NCBI GenBank assembly: GCA_043228905.1 | Contig: JBHGNT010000015.1 | Span: 1,798,001-1,862,000, forward strand | DNA: 64,000 nucleotides | DNA from: Azolla caroliniana | Taxonomy: Eukaryota > Plantae > Polypodiophyta | Reading direction: 5' to 3' | In this document: piece by piece, positions 37,409 to 50,612 of the stretch | Layout of the letters: the number at the start of each line of letters is the position of its first letter | How positions within the stretch are numbered: the stretch's first letter is position 1 | The notes under the pieces: model-generated | What the model was told of the DNA's origin: nothing | Database searches by the model: none | Seen by the model: the letters and a program-made list of their open reading frames with translations, nothing else | Position numbers and translations under genes: made by a program

Positions 37409-39951
37409 TCAAAAGTCGCGAGGATCTAAGAAGAGCGAAGGGGGCGGTTGCGACATGGACCAATCGGATGCCGACACGTGGGCAGCGGGGTCGTGGCTCG
37501 ATGGTTTCGTGCTCGTGTTCAGGTGCTTGAGGCACCAAAGGTCCTCGTCTTCGGTCCAATGTGGCATCCATTGGCGAAGCGGATCACACCCCGCGATCTC
37601 CATGGCGATGGCCGCGCACCCATCTCTCCTAGCAAGGTTGTGCGCGTGCCACGCCAAGTGGCGTGCCAGGATTGGGCCGCGGGGCCCGTGCGAGAGCACG
37701 CCATAGATGAGCTGGATCCCGAAGGGGCGGTCGAAGAGGTCGGGGAGGGTGGGCAAGGGAGGGGCGGTGCCACGGGAGCACGACTCAAGGATGCGGCCGG
37801 CGAATCGCCCGAAGGCAGCGGCCATCCGGACGCATAGGGATGCTCCTTTCATCTGGAGGTGGTAGATCTCATTGCATTTCCACAAGCTGAGGGCCGCCCA
37901 CGATGACGGCTCCGATGAGTCTCGGCATTCAGGTTTGGGTTCGGATGGATCGGATTCGGGTTCGGATTCGGATTCGGTATAGGAGGCTAGCCATGTTCCT
38001 TTATGAAGCTTGCTTGCAAGTATAGTGGCCATGTCTCTTGGGTAGAATTCCCATCTTGCACACGCGGAGTCATCGCCCGTGTATAACCTCTCCGCCTCTT
38101 CGGCATTTAACTCCACCACCGACACATGACCACCTCTCGTAGTCCTCCGGTTCTTCTTCTTCTTACTGAATTGACAAGCTCCGATGCTTCGGGAGCTCAG
38201 GTTCTTTTCCGCCACGTAGATGGGTTGCACGAGAATGGCCGGGTTCCGGAACTTGATGTAGCCCAGCTTCTTTGTGAAGAGATTGAGTGACGCCTCGTTG
38301 TCTCTCTCGGTCGCGATGTACACATATTCCGCCTGCCCTTTGTCTCGGCACCACTCCTCCATCTTCCTCACCAAGCCTTCACCAATGCCCATCCTCCTAT
38401 ATTTAACAAAACATATCACATGTTATATCATTACAAGAAACTAGTCACTCAATAGAGGTTCCCTAGGCATTTTCTACTAAATTTACAAACACCATATGGT
38501 TGGAGTTGGATGTTTTCGACATAAGTTTCAAGCCTTTGATTTCATACTTAAGAGCCTCTTGTCATCTAATAATATATATAGTCAATGGGAGTGATCCTCA
38601 AGTGCCCTCGCTCGTAAAAATGCCAATCGAATCTTCAAACTTCACTTCACGCCAATTCACAATACATAATAAGGATTGAAGTTATACAAAACCTCACAAA
38701 ACTCAATAACTATAGGTATACATGCTAGCATTAGTTGGTTACAATCGTATAAATCAGTTGTGGTGGTGTGGTTACCATGACTCCATGAGATGGAATATTG
38801 GTACATTATTAAAGAACAAAATGCCCAAAGACATGAGGTCTAGTATTGCAACACATAATGGCCAACACTCATACCATTGTTTTCTCCCCTATAGACAATG
38901 TTGGAGATATAATGAACTTCGATCGATGGCATGTGAGGCTCCATGCATGTCTAGCAAAATATTGTTTTCTCGCATCCATTTTCAACATTTGATGTTATGG
39001 GATGAGCATAATCTACATGTTAGCACTAACATGCTTATATAAAAAGTTCTTAGCAATTTGTTATTAATGTCTATAAAATAATCATCGGGAGATAATAGGA
39101 TCCATATAACCAAACATCCAAAGTAACAACAATATAGCATGACTAATTAAAACATCAAAGAAATGTCAATATTTGAGGGGATAACAATATTGGCTAGGTG
39201 GCAAAATAGTCTAGTAAAGATGAACTTGTTATAAAAAATGTGGACTAAAGAAATCAACAAGTTGAAGAGAGCTTAAAAGCACTCTTATAGTCATATGAAA
39301 GCATTACTTATAATGGTATGCATATATATATATATACCTGCATGTAGGATGTACTCTAAGTCCAAGGATATATGCAATGGACACAAAAGTGGGTTTATTA
39401 TCGGTAGTGCACGACGACACCACCTCTTTCACTCCTGCTCTCACAACCCCCACCATCTTCTTATCGGGTAGTGTTTCCGCCACCTAGAATTATATGTGTT
39501 TATTTACATGAGCATCGAGTATTCCATACATCTTATAACCAAACTAATATGGCAAACCACTAAAATTACAAATAGGTATCCATAGTAGAGCTCATGATTT
39601 TATTAGAAACTTATGCATTTGTTGAAGGTATGAGTGAAATGAATTAAAACATTGATATAGTATATTATATTATGTACAAGAAAAACTTCATAAGATGAAC
39701 TCATAGATTGATAAAGACTTTGTAGTGAGACTTACTAGCATTTGGAAGGAGGGGTATTGTCGAATTCTGCAAAGCGGGTCACCTAGGAGGTCAGTGAAAA
39801 GAGACATCTTTTTCTTTCCACCATTGGTACTACTAGATGGGCCAGCCTCACAAACCTTCTCTAACTCATCGGCTTTCTTCAAATCTATGGCCTCTTCATA
39901 AGCTCTAATATTGATCATTATTGAGTTCATATGAACATTGTTGATGGCCAT
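37409..39951 (-). CDS. HLS1: HOOKLESS1-like GNAT N-acetyltransferase (449 aa, 3 exons)
   Basis: Exons 39951-39736, 39483-39338, 38396-37409, all GT-AG and in frame. Motifs CEAGP, SLFTDLLGDPLCRIR, AYILGLRV..RRMGIG, EYVYIATERDNEASLNLFT, EDLWCLK, C-terminal LFLDPRDF. Confidence 0.93.
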
Positions 39952-40082
39952 GCTTAATGGATTAACTCTAATATAAACTTATGTTATTTACTCTTGCTAC
40001 TCAGATTTGATTGTAATAATCTTTTCAAGTATACTAAACACACAGAGAGGTTTGATTGAATAGTGAAAGAACTATGCATGCC

Positions 40083-40090
40083 TTTTTATA
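40083..40090 (-). promoter_or_regulatory. Putative TATA box of HLS1-like gene
   Basis: TATAAAAA about 130 bp upstream of the ATG. Confidence 0.55.
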
Positions 40091-40379
40091 AGCCAAAAAA
40101 ACAGAACTAACCAAGTCAAAAGCCCCAAATAACTCTTCACATAACTATATGCATTTATTAGATCAAAATTCTCCTAGTAATAATAATAGCAATATCTTAG
40201 TAGCATTATTCACACGCATATGAATTATAGTTGTGACTTTTCTTGTTTGCTTTTCTTCTTTTACTAAGGGGTGGGAATCGGGATGTGTGTGTGTGTGTGA
40301 ACACTGAAGATAAAGAGGAAATCTACTTAGTGTGAATGAAAGCAATAATTTAGTTCCAAAAAAGAAAGTATTTTTCTTG

Positions 40380-40450
40380 CACGTGCATGGAGGGCATATT
40401 AATAGTCACACGTGCTAATAGAAGATGATTTTAATTTAGCACGTGCATGG
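40380..40450. promoter_or_regulatory. Triple G-box (CACGTG) cluster upstream of HLS1-like gene
   Basis: CACGTG at 40380, 40409 and 40440; the outer two share the context GCACGTGCATGGA. Confidence 0.6.
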
Positions 40451-43400
40451 AAGCAAACAGAAAAAGCAACAAAAAAGGTACTACCCTTAAGAGTGCAGAG
40501 CAAGAAGAATAGATTCTCTTAACAACTAACTCAAGTACTAAGGCTCTGTAGACCAAAAACTTGGTTACGAGTCGACACCCATGGGCACATGGGTATATAC
40601 AGTAAATCGTCTCGATTCCTAAGTGTTTAATTGATCCATAGCACATGCACCCATCGATGTGTGTATTTGGACACAAGTGTGCGCACCCACAAGCACACAC
40701 ACCTATGTTCATGTGGTCTTTCCCCATATAAGACAGATTACAAAAAGATTTGCTATTTGGAAACTGTGGTTGATACATGTTTGCACATACCCCAGATTCT
40801 TATGTATGTAGCATATATTTTGTAGATGTTTTCCACATATTTTTTGGTAGACTTGAAAAATACCAATGGCGACAAGTATTAGAATTTAGATGCATATATA
40901 CCTATAATATCTTCTTTAGGCTACAATCCACTTGGTTCACAGCTTTTGGACTCTCGTGAGTGTCATGATTCATCCATACCGTCCAAAGACAAGTTAATCT
41001 TCTTGTCATGGTATAACATTCGCATCAAATGCTTAGAATGTGGATTTGTTGAGCGCTTTTAGATACATTATATTACTTATATATGCTTAACAATTACATG
41101 TTAAAGCCCAATGTGGAATGATTGCCTTAATATATCTTTAGAGGAGAATGTAGATGTCCCCATGAACTTATGCTTATACATTCACAAACATGCCTTGTCA
41201 GCATTCATTATTTGGTATATAGTCATAGCAATGAGCCTCCCTTTGCAAGCATTCATTGTGTGAGTTGTTCATACATAAGTTATTATAGATATTAGATCAA
41301 CATGATAATGTAGTGGTAAATTTCGGGGTTTGTAACCTTAACATGGTGGGTACTAACTTGCGTAATGGGTTTGATGTTATGTTTTAGTATGTGTGCACAT
41401 TAGTGCGCCCTTGTGCATGAGCATGTAACACAATATGCACATGTGTTGCACATTAACATGTTATTCTCCTACTCTTTCTCTATATATACTATAGATACTT
41501 CTATCCACACAAATGATAAAAGTTAGTTGTCTTTTTATGTTTTGCATCTACCTAAAACATAAAATATTGGGCAAAATGAACATTCTTGTCAACCAAGTTG
41601 GAGCATAGTTGCAAGTGGGTGTTGTGAGAGCATATGTGTAATGAAGCTCAAACCCCAAAGCAACTCCAAGGTTCAACATTTAAATCTTCATGTGGAACCC
41701 AAAAGACACTCTTCATTTTCTTTTATTTTGGTCTCCGATAAGATTCCTTTCAAAGGTTGCGACTCTGCAGGTCGTGACTAATGATACAAGGACCAAGAAC
41801 ATTTGAGGCATGTTATCGGTAAGATGCATGAATAGTTGAATCAAGAAGATAGGGCACATGAATTGAAAATAAAACAAATTACGAGGGAACTCGAAATTCG
41901 CAAACTTGGCACTATGATGCTAATGGTCATTTTTTTCCCTAGTTCTAAGCATAGGAAATATGGATCTTAAAGAAAAGAAAAGGTCCGGAACATCTATGAT
42001 TTATCGCCATGGTCACAAAAGGTTAAAGATAAGTACATCTAAAATGGTGAGTTATGCTCTCCTCACAATGATTCCTCAATCATACAATACTTACACACAA
42101 AACTACTCAATTCTTACCAATTTTGAAGGTGGATTTCATTTCCTTGACCGAAGCTAGATACCTTTCATGTGTCTCTTCGATGTGTCAAATAGATCAATTA
42201 TTATTTTACTATCGTTTATTGAAGTTCAAAGAATAAGACAAGAGACTATTGAGTCTAGTAATTTGTCACCTCCATAATGAAGATCTACTACTCATGCAAT
42301 TTTTGCCCCCATTGTTTTCTCCTAGAAACAACAATATAGTGACAAATATATTAAAATACATAAATCCACATAAACTAAGATAACTTTTCCAAGAAAATGG
42401 GTGTGAAACATTATTCATTGATTGTGAGCCTTGAGATCATACAATTGACATTTTAACCCATTTTTTATCCTCTATATCAATGTGGTTCCAATGCTCATCA
42501 CTCAAAAATGCATTATAAACAAATTATTGGTCTTTTCACATAAAACATGGTGTATGTTTCAAGTATGTACTTGTGAAGTCAATATTCGTTAAAAAATTCA
42601 AAACCATTGACTCCCAAGTTGTCTTTTCCTACTAAGCAAAATATTACCAAGACTTTTTATAGATATAGAACAGTGTCAATGTGTTTATCAATGACATCAT
42701 TATTGAGTTTATATGACTAAGATAAAGCATGGACGAAGTTCAAACACACGCAAGTTTTAACGAGGAAATGCATTACCTAATATTCATTTAGTGTTGTGCC
42801 CACTTGCAAGTTGTTTAGTTTTAACTAGCACGAGTTCTTATAAAATTTTGCCTTGTGAATTGGCAAGCCAAAAAACATTGTCTATAAGACTTGGAATGAG
42901 TGATACAAGAGTATTCTTTGTCAGGGTGAGCAGACAACCACATGATATGGCTCATATATTTTTTCTTGTGGTAGACCCTAAACTTAAATGCAGAGCGTAT
43001 ATATGTTCCGCGTGTGAGGGGGTGTCTAACCTAAGAATTCGTGAGAGTTTTATGGATTAGATAATTAATGGGTGGAAACATTAGCACATGGTCCTAAAGA
43101 ATCATATTGTAGTATGATATGTGCACCATAATCAGCCTCTTGATTGGGGCCAAAGTGTGCAAAAGTGGTCTAATATTGTGAGGGTTTTCCATTTTCCATT
43201 TTCAATTTCAAGTTCGATGTTGAGGGGATTGGTCATCTATCTCATTTTGAAAGCATGACTATAAAATGTGTTTAGGTGCACCCATAATGTTTTGTAGGTA
43301 TGTTACCATATATCATGTGAGCTCAATAACGTTGCAATTTACTATTCTTGTCATCCTGATCTGATTTTTTGCCAAACTACATCTAAAGTAGCATTATTCA

Positions 43401-45848
43401 AGGTCCATAGTGAGCATCTCATCAATGGGAAGTTCGAGTACTATCTCCATATCTCATCTCTTTGATAATTTATTATGTACTGAGCTCAAAGATTCTAAAT
43501 CTTATTTTGCTTTCCTTCTACATTTTGTTGCTAACATCCCAAGTTTGTTGCTAATGCAACATTCATGAGACCTTCTAGTTAATGCTTGCCACCCTATTAG
43601 TTTCAAGTAATAACTTGGAAATGAGGAGTGATTACCTTAACTCCGAGGTGAGTTCTACCAAAAACATCTTTTGCATGTTACCCAAATGTTGTTCCATCTT
43701 GAGGGGGTATACATATAACTTCCCACATATCAAGTCTTCAATTAATATTGCATTGAAGAAACAAATCTTTATTTGCCACATGGGAAGGTTTTTGAGTTCA
43801 AATTGGAGAAGTGATAGCTTGCCCAACCAACTTTTGATAGATGTTTTATGTATCTATCTTGATTCCTAAGTATGTTTTATAGAGATATCAAATTACAAGT
43901 ATTTGGAAGAACACATGTATTCCATATCTTAAGTTTTGCGAGGCATGATGTGTGGGCCCATGGCATGACGAACGTTTATTTTGTTTTCCCTAGGTTCAAA
44001 AATTGATAGAGAGAGAGAGAGAGAAGTATTATCATATTATAGAAACTAATAGCATTACTAATAAGATCCAAATGTGAGTTGCAAAAGAGTCTAGTCAATA
44101 ACTAGACAATGTGTAGTCACATTCACATGCTCTTATGATTTTCTTATAGTTGCTTAGTATGCTTAAGTGTAGAGCATATATATGTGCTTGAGAAGTAGGG
44201 TTGGTGTGATAAACTTAAGTACTTGTGCAAGGCCTTGGTGCTTTGGGCAATTTCAGGCACATTGTTCAATGACTATGCATGGTTGACACTATAATATAAG
44301 GTGCTCCTCATCCTAGATTTCCAAATTGGGGTAGAGAGTGGGAGGGAGGGAGACTAATGAGGATGTCTTATCATCCCTAGGACTACGATAGCATGAATAT
44401 TACAAGGCTGAAAAGAGCATATTAAGAAGTCTCTCGTGTTTCGATCCAAGGAGTGTGACCATTTTTGGCTTATACATTGTTTTAAGAGTCCTATCGTTAA
44501 GTAAGGACCATTTTTGCCAAAAAGGTGAGCTTGGGCCTTGTCTAATATGAATAAGTTATTTAAGATTTGTGCATTTATTAATTGACAATGTGAAGCGTTG
44601 CCATATAACTATAAACGATTTATGCATCATAGTGTTGCATGCTGTTAATCATTATAAAGTTGCCATTGATGTTGATGATGCAAATGTAGTCAATAGGATA
44701 GACTGACTTCTCTCCTCCATTCTCAATTTGAAAGTCATGGCTATGATTGTGGTGGAGGTCCATTGATTGTCTTGATTTTGAATTGCATATGGATGATAAC
44801 ACGTGATTGGTGCATTAACACTTTAAGTGCTACCATAATCAATGATATGGTAGGTTTATTAAGTTCATGCACAACCCATTAGAGTGTGGTGTCCTCATGA
44901 AGATCACGTGGCTTGAAATATAATTCCACTTTGATGTTCCTTGTTCTTCATCATAAGCACAATGTTACAAACTTGATTGTCGATGTAACAATATGAGATA
45001 CCATTTTTTAACCTTTACCCACACCCTTGGTTCTTCATACTACTCACATAGGGCGAGTTTCTTTCCTTCTAACAATTGGTCTATTTTAGGTTGGTACATC
45101 TTGACACATCAACAATCGAGGATTAACTCAAGGCATCATACATTACGGAGACCTTCCACAACTACCCTTAAGAGTCAAGCTCAATTAAATTATCTATACA
45201 ATCCATTGACTTTGATAATATATAGTCTTTGATCTTCCCTAATTATTGACTTGAGTTTAAGGTGCCAACCCCGATTATTTGACATTGAAGTCATATTTGA
45301 GCATTTGGTACAAACAAGTTAGGTGTGACTTGGGGGTTATGAGGCAAGGTATGGTCTAACCTAAAACCTCGACCAAAGTGAAATTTCAGGTGTAGGGAAA
45401 AAATCCAGACCCAAACTAGGCTAAAATTTCGACAAAAAAATAATCATTGAAAAGGCCGCAAGATATGCACCCCAACAAACGACGAGTCATGTCGAAGGTG
45501 AGAAGTGAGATTATGAGTATGAAGAGTGTAAATATGATCAACATTTCTATGTTTTGAAGGATAAAAATAAGAAAGTAAGAAGAAATATGGGTCAAATCAT
45601 TATTGTTATTTTAGAGAGGAGGGGGGGGGGGGGGGGTGGAAATCAAAATTAACAGTCTAGATTTCTTTGGGAAAGAAAGAAAGAAAATAACAAGAAGATT
45701 CTGCAGATCTCTGCCACCCTCTTGATGATTAGAGAATCTTAGATTGCTTCTTCTAATGTCTCACTCAGTTATTAAAGTATAGAGTGCATGGCCAACTCAT
45801 ATGATTCCATGGACTATTCTATCCACATCCACATTACACATTACACAT

Positions 45849-45853
45849 TACAC

Positions 45854-45932
<79 letters not shown>

Positions 45933-45933
45933 T
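45849..45933. repeat. (CATACA)n hexanucleotide microsatellite
   Basis: Read directly. Confidence 0.95.
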
Positions 45934-47292
45934 TCTTGAAGATGTGAAACCTTACATTCAGCTTCAAATTCAAGTCTTAGATTGGGGGTACATGCATGGA
46001 GACCACAAGTTTGTGCATTATCATCAATCGTGCAATCATCTTCCCATGCATGATGCATCTAGGTTCATCATCCGAAAATCCCATAGATCAACAAGGAAAC
46101 ATAATTGAATGATGTAAAAGCTTGCATTTGGCGTTAGAATCGTTGGTTACATGCATGAGTGGGAGTTTCATTCATTATCATGGCAACATGTATGTATCAA
46201 GATTCAGCACCAAAAAATCATATAAATCAATGACATTATGCTTCTTGGAACATCCATCCATGTTTTAAATGGATGTCATCTTGTTGTTGATTGTTTGTGA
46301 TTTGTAGGACAAATATGTCTATAATGCATGTCTTCATTTGAATGTTCAAAAACCATCTAATTGTTGTATGAAAATAGTCCAACTGAAAATAGTTTTCTTT
46401 GGAAAGGTCATGGTTTAAATTGAATGAGTGCATACTTTCATTATAATGCATGTCAGTTGATGATATCATTGGATTTCTTGGCTAAGATCATTTTTACAAC
46501 ATTTTCTATTATTCCAGAAATCATAATTGAGAATCTTAAATAAATTCATTACCTAGACCACAAATTGAGCATTAAGGCCCCATGAAGTCTCTAAATTTCA
46601 TCATCAAAACACACAATTTTCATGTCTTACTATTTTGAGAAGACACAATATACTAAATGTTGAAACTAGTGGGACTAAGTCTTAAACTATGTCACTTGAT
46701 TTATTATGGGTTGTAGTAATTTGAAATGTCAATATATTGTTCTTCTAGACGGTAATCAACCATGCACCATTTTACTCATACATTATCAGTAAGTTTATGT
46801 TTAAATACCCAATTTAGATTGCAACATGCTGTTTCTCTAGGTATAATAATCTTAAAGGATAAAATAATATCAATGGCTCAATGTGTTTGCTATTTAAAAA
46901 TGATATTCCATTTCATTCTTTTCTAACCCCCTAAAATTCCTAAAAGATTTGTATACTTAGGGTAAGGGGATACATGTATATGAATTTCATTTTCCATATA
47001 GCGAATATCAAAAGTAAAGAAGTATTCACATGTCTTGTGTATCATGAATGTGAAAACTGATCATGCACAACAAGTGATGTTTAAACATTTGCAAAGAGTG
47101 CAAAACTGTACTACCATGCATCCTAGGTTTGAGGACAATCCTGATCGAAAATAATGCCAATTTTACTAAGCCAAGAATCACAAAGATCAATGGTGGAGAA
47201 AATTAAATGAAGCCACATTAATTTATATCAATGTTGATGGTTTGGTATAAAGCACATTTGGACCATCGCATACTTTTCTTTTTGTAGATTCT

Positions 47293-50200
47293 TTATCCAA
47301 CTAACAAAACCTTGCCACCATGACCCTCTCTCTTAGACTCAAGTAAGGCATCCTTGAAATTTTCCAAGCTGAACATTTTCCCTACAAGAGGTTGCATTAT
47401 TTTTTGTTGTAATAAGCTCATTACTTGTGATGCTATGTATTCTCTTTTTTTATCTGTGTTCACGTAGTTTGTCAATATCCACCAACGTACATCGACACCC
47501 CTCATCAAATCACGTGTTCTCAACATTATCTCCCATCCTGATAGAACACCATATATGAATACCTTTCCTCCATCCCTCACACTACTCGCAACATCCTGTA
47601 GGATTTGTAAGTGAGTAATAGATACGAAACATAACATCATGCCCCATGAAATCTCTGTAGAGGCAATAATGCACTAGATGTTCGACATAACACAAGGATA
47701 AATTTAAGGGAATTTTGAAGACTTTTGTACACAATCATCAAGTGCTATGAATTATTAGTTGCATCTTTACGCAAAATGGAATGACACAATCACGGGGCTA
47801 TTAATCATTGACTACCATGTGGATGTTAAAGGGATGAGTGGATCCTACTTCAGTTCTCTTGTGAACATATTAACTTTGACTAGACAAAACTAAAATTTAA
47901 TCCAACTTAGTGGACATATATACATACATAGAAAATCATAATCATAGAGACGCAAGTCTATGCAAATGTACATATATTATAGCACTTGCACAATAGATAC
48001 AATTAGCAAACAAGTGCATATGCAATTTTGTACATGTATTAACATAACTATTTGCTAAACATGCATATAAAGATGTGTGTGTGTGCATGCATGTCGTTGT
48101 ACCTATAGCCATGTGTGTACTAAGATTGGGTATATCCATGTATCCACACTTAGTCTATTGTAATACATGTACACTTATGAGTGCGATTATTGACAAAATG
48201 GATGAGAAAACAGAAAGCAAGCAAACATACTTATGGATTACTCATCAATTTGATCATTCTTGATCTATATAGAACATTAAATTTAAGGAACGATCTAGAA
48301 AGAAGAAATGATACCTTTAGGCAGGTTTGTGTTGGATACATGGATATATGTGTTGCCTTTATACTATCTATGTGAAAAGGTCATTTACAAACTTAATGTA
48401 CCCACATTCCTCAAAAGAATGTACATACACTAGTTTTGGATCAACTACCAAAACCATCGATTGGCTTACATCCAAATGACTGCAAGTAGTCAAAAACTTT
48501 TGTGAATGTGACACAAATGTGGAAATACACCTCTCTAAAGCAAATGAGTTGCTCTAAGTTGAGTTTGTTGCACCATAAAACATATGCAAATAATAAGCAC
48601 ACATGTAACTAGATGGGCACATAAATAAAAAAAACTTAAAGCATAGAGAGAATATGAATTATGTACCTTTGTCAAAGTTCCGCCTACAGCATCCATTGCA
48701 GCATAAGCTAGCTTCCCATTTGTTATCTCCTTAACTCTTAAGGTAATATCTACGTAAAATATGGTATTGAATATAAAACTTGTCTCGAAGGTTAACAATC
48801 TTGAATGCCAATAAAAACATAAAGATTGCCGTCGAACCTTCACACTCAATGTTTATAACCTCATCTGCTCCGAGGCTCTTTAATTCGTTAACACATTCTG
48901 CCCTTCTTACTAAGTTGATGGTCTTGATCCCTTTATGCTTTGCTAATTGTATAAATTGCCTTTTAACAACAAAATGCATGTTAATGGAGTACTGTTGAAA
49001 AATTTATGTATAAATCAATCCATAATATTGTCGATTGAGTCATTTATAGATAGATTTTGCACAAAACATGAAAATGTATGTAAAAGGTGCCTTGGAAACA
49101 TACTCTACATATATAAGTTGAATTGATCCATGATATAATGTTGATCAATGAGTCTATTTACATTTCGTTGCATTGATAAGCAAATAAGACATTATGTTAC
49201 ACTAAAACATGATGTGAAAACTTGCATTCTATACAAAATCAAAAAAAGAAATTTGCATTCTTCTTGTGAGTCTGGGCTCCACTCACAGAACTTGGAAGTT
49301 GGTTTCTTTGTTACACTTACATCACTTTGATCATGGTATCCTTCTATATTTTTTGAGATTTAGATTGTTGATAATAAAAGACATTTTTCTACCTCTAATA
49401 TAAACACAACTCTATTGATACTCATACGATCTCCAAACTTGTTTTGAGATAGGCTTCATAATTGAAAGGATGGTCTGCATGCATTTATGGATAAATCTCG
49501 TACTATATAAGTTAGCCACTATTTCTATCTTTAGGTGTAAGGTAGTTGTCAATGTTTCCAGAAGTTGTGAGGAATTTTCAACTTCCCAATAATGAGTGAA
49601 CTAATCACTAACATAGAGTCCTACATTAAGGCATTTACATATGTTACCTGCCAAGAACAGAGGCGGCTGCAGTTTGTAAGATATATTCCCCTTGAGGTGC
49701 ATCAATATCATCAAGCAAACCAAAGGCCGTCCATGGATTAATAATTGATTGGGATGCTATTTCATCACTAATATCAGATGGCACTGCTATAATATGGCTC
49801 TCGGGTAAAGTGATGTAATCTTGCCAAGATCCATATCCAGTCTCGTAGTACTTTATCATAATGAGTGGGACCACTCTTTGGCCAACCTTGAACCTTGTCA
49901 CATCTTCACCAATCTACATCTTTGAACATTTAGTGAGTCACATACATGACATAATCATAATCCAATTATATTTTCTCTACTTTTAATCAAACCGAACTTC
50001 CAATTTTCTAAATTTAAGCAAACATAACCTTGTAGGCATGAATGGTAGAAGTCGACCACACAACATACTATAATTTATAATGTACATTTTCATATGCAAG
50101 TTGATGGACAAAACTACACATCAATATTAAAGTACCTTTGAATAATGTGAGAATGTCGATGAAATTTGCAATGTGTTGGTCATGATACTCATGTTTTAGT

Positions 50201-50612
50201 AAGCTTATAACGTTGAAAAGTATAATATAATTCAAAGATGTACTAACATTTTAAGAATTGCGTAAGAGCATTTCGATGGATACTTATACCACAATAACAA
50301 ATAATCAAGAAACCAATGACTATTGTACAATCACACTATTGATAGATGACCAAAAACCTGATGTATTATGCCAAAGCCCTCACAACCAGGGACAGGGGAG
50401 GGGCAAAGTGGGAGGAGACGTCCGATTAATATGCTATTATGGTCACTAGGGTTGATTGGTCGATGTGTTAAGCGCACCACCACACAATCACGTCCAGGTG
50501 GAATTGGATATTCGACACTACTTCTAACTTGTAGCTCCAACAAACCTTTGTCCTTCCCAGTCTCACCCTTCCTTAGGTTCACAATTTGTCGACCCCCAAT
50601 CTCCTTATCCAT
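47293..50612 (-). CDS. Medium-chain dehydrogenase/reductase, enoyl-reductase/quinone-oxidoreductase-like (342 aa, 5 exons)
   Basis: Exons 50612-50358, 49913-49648, 48959-48838, 48749-48667, 47595-47293; GT-AG, phases consistent, 1029 nt in total. Motifs PINPSD, VPGCEGFG, INPWTA, LQTAAASVLGR, LGADEVI, DAVGG, GKVLL. Confidence 0.92.
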
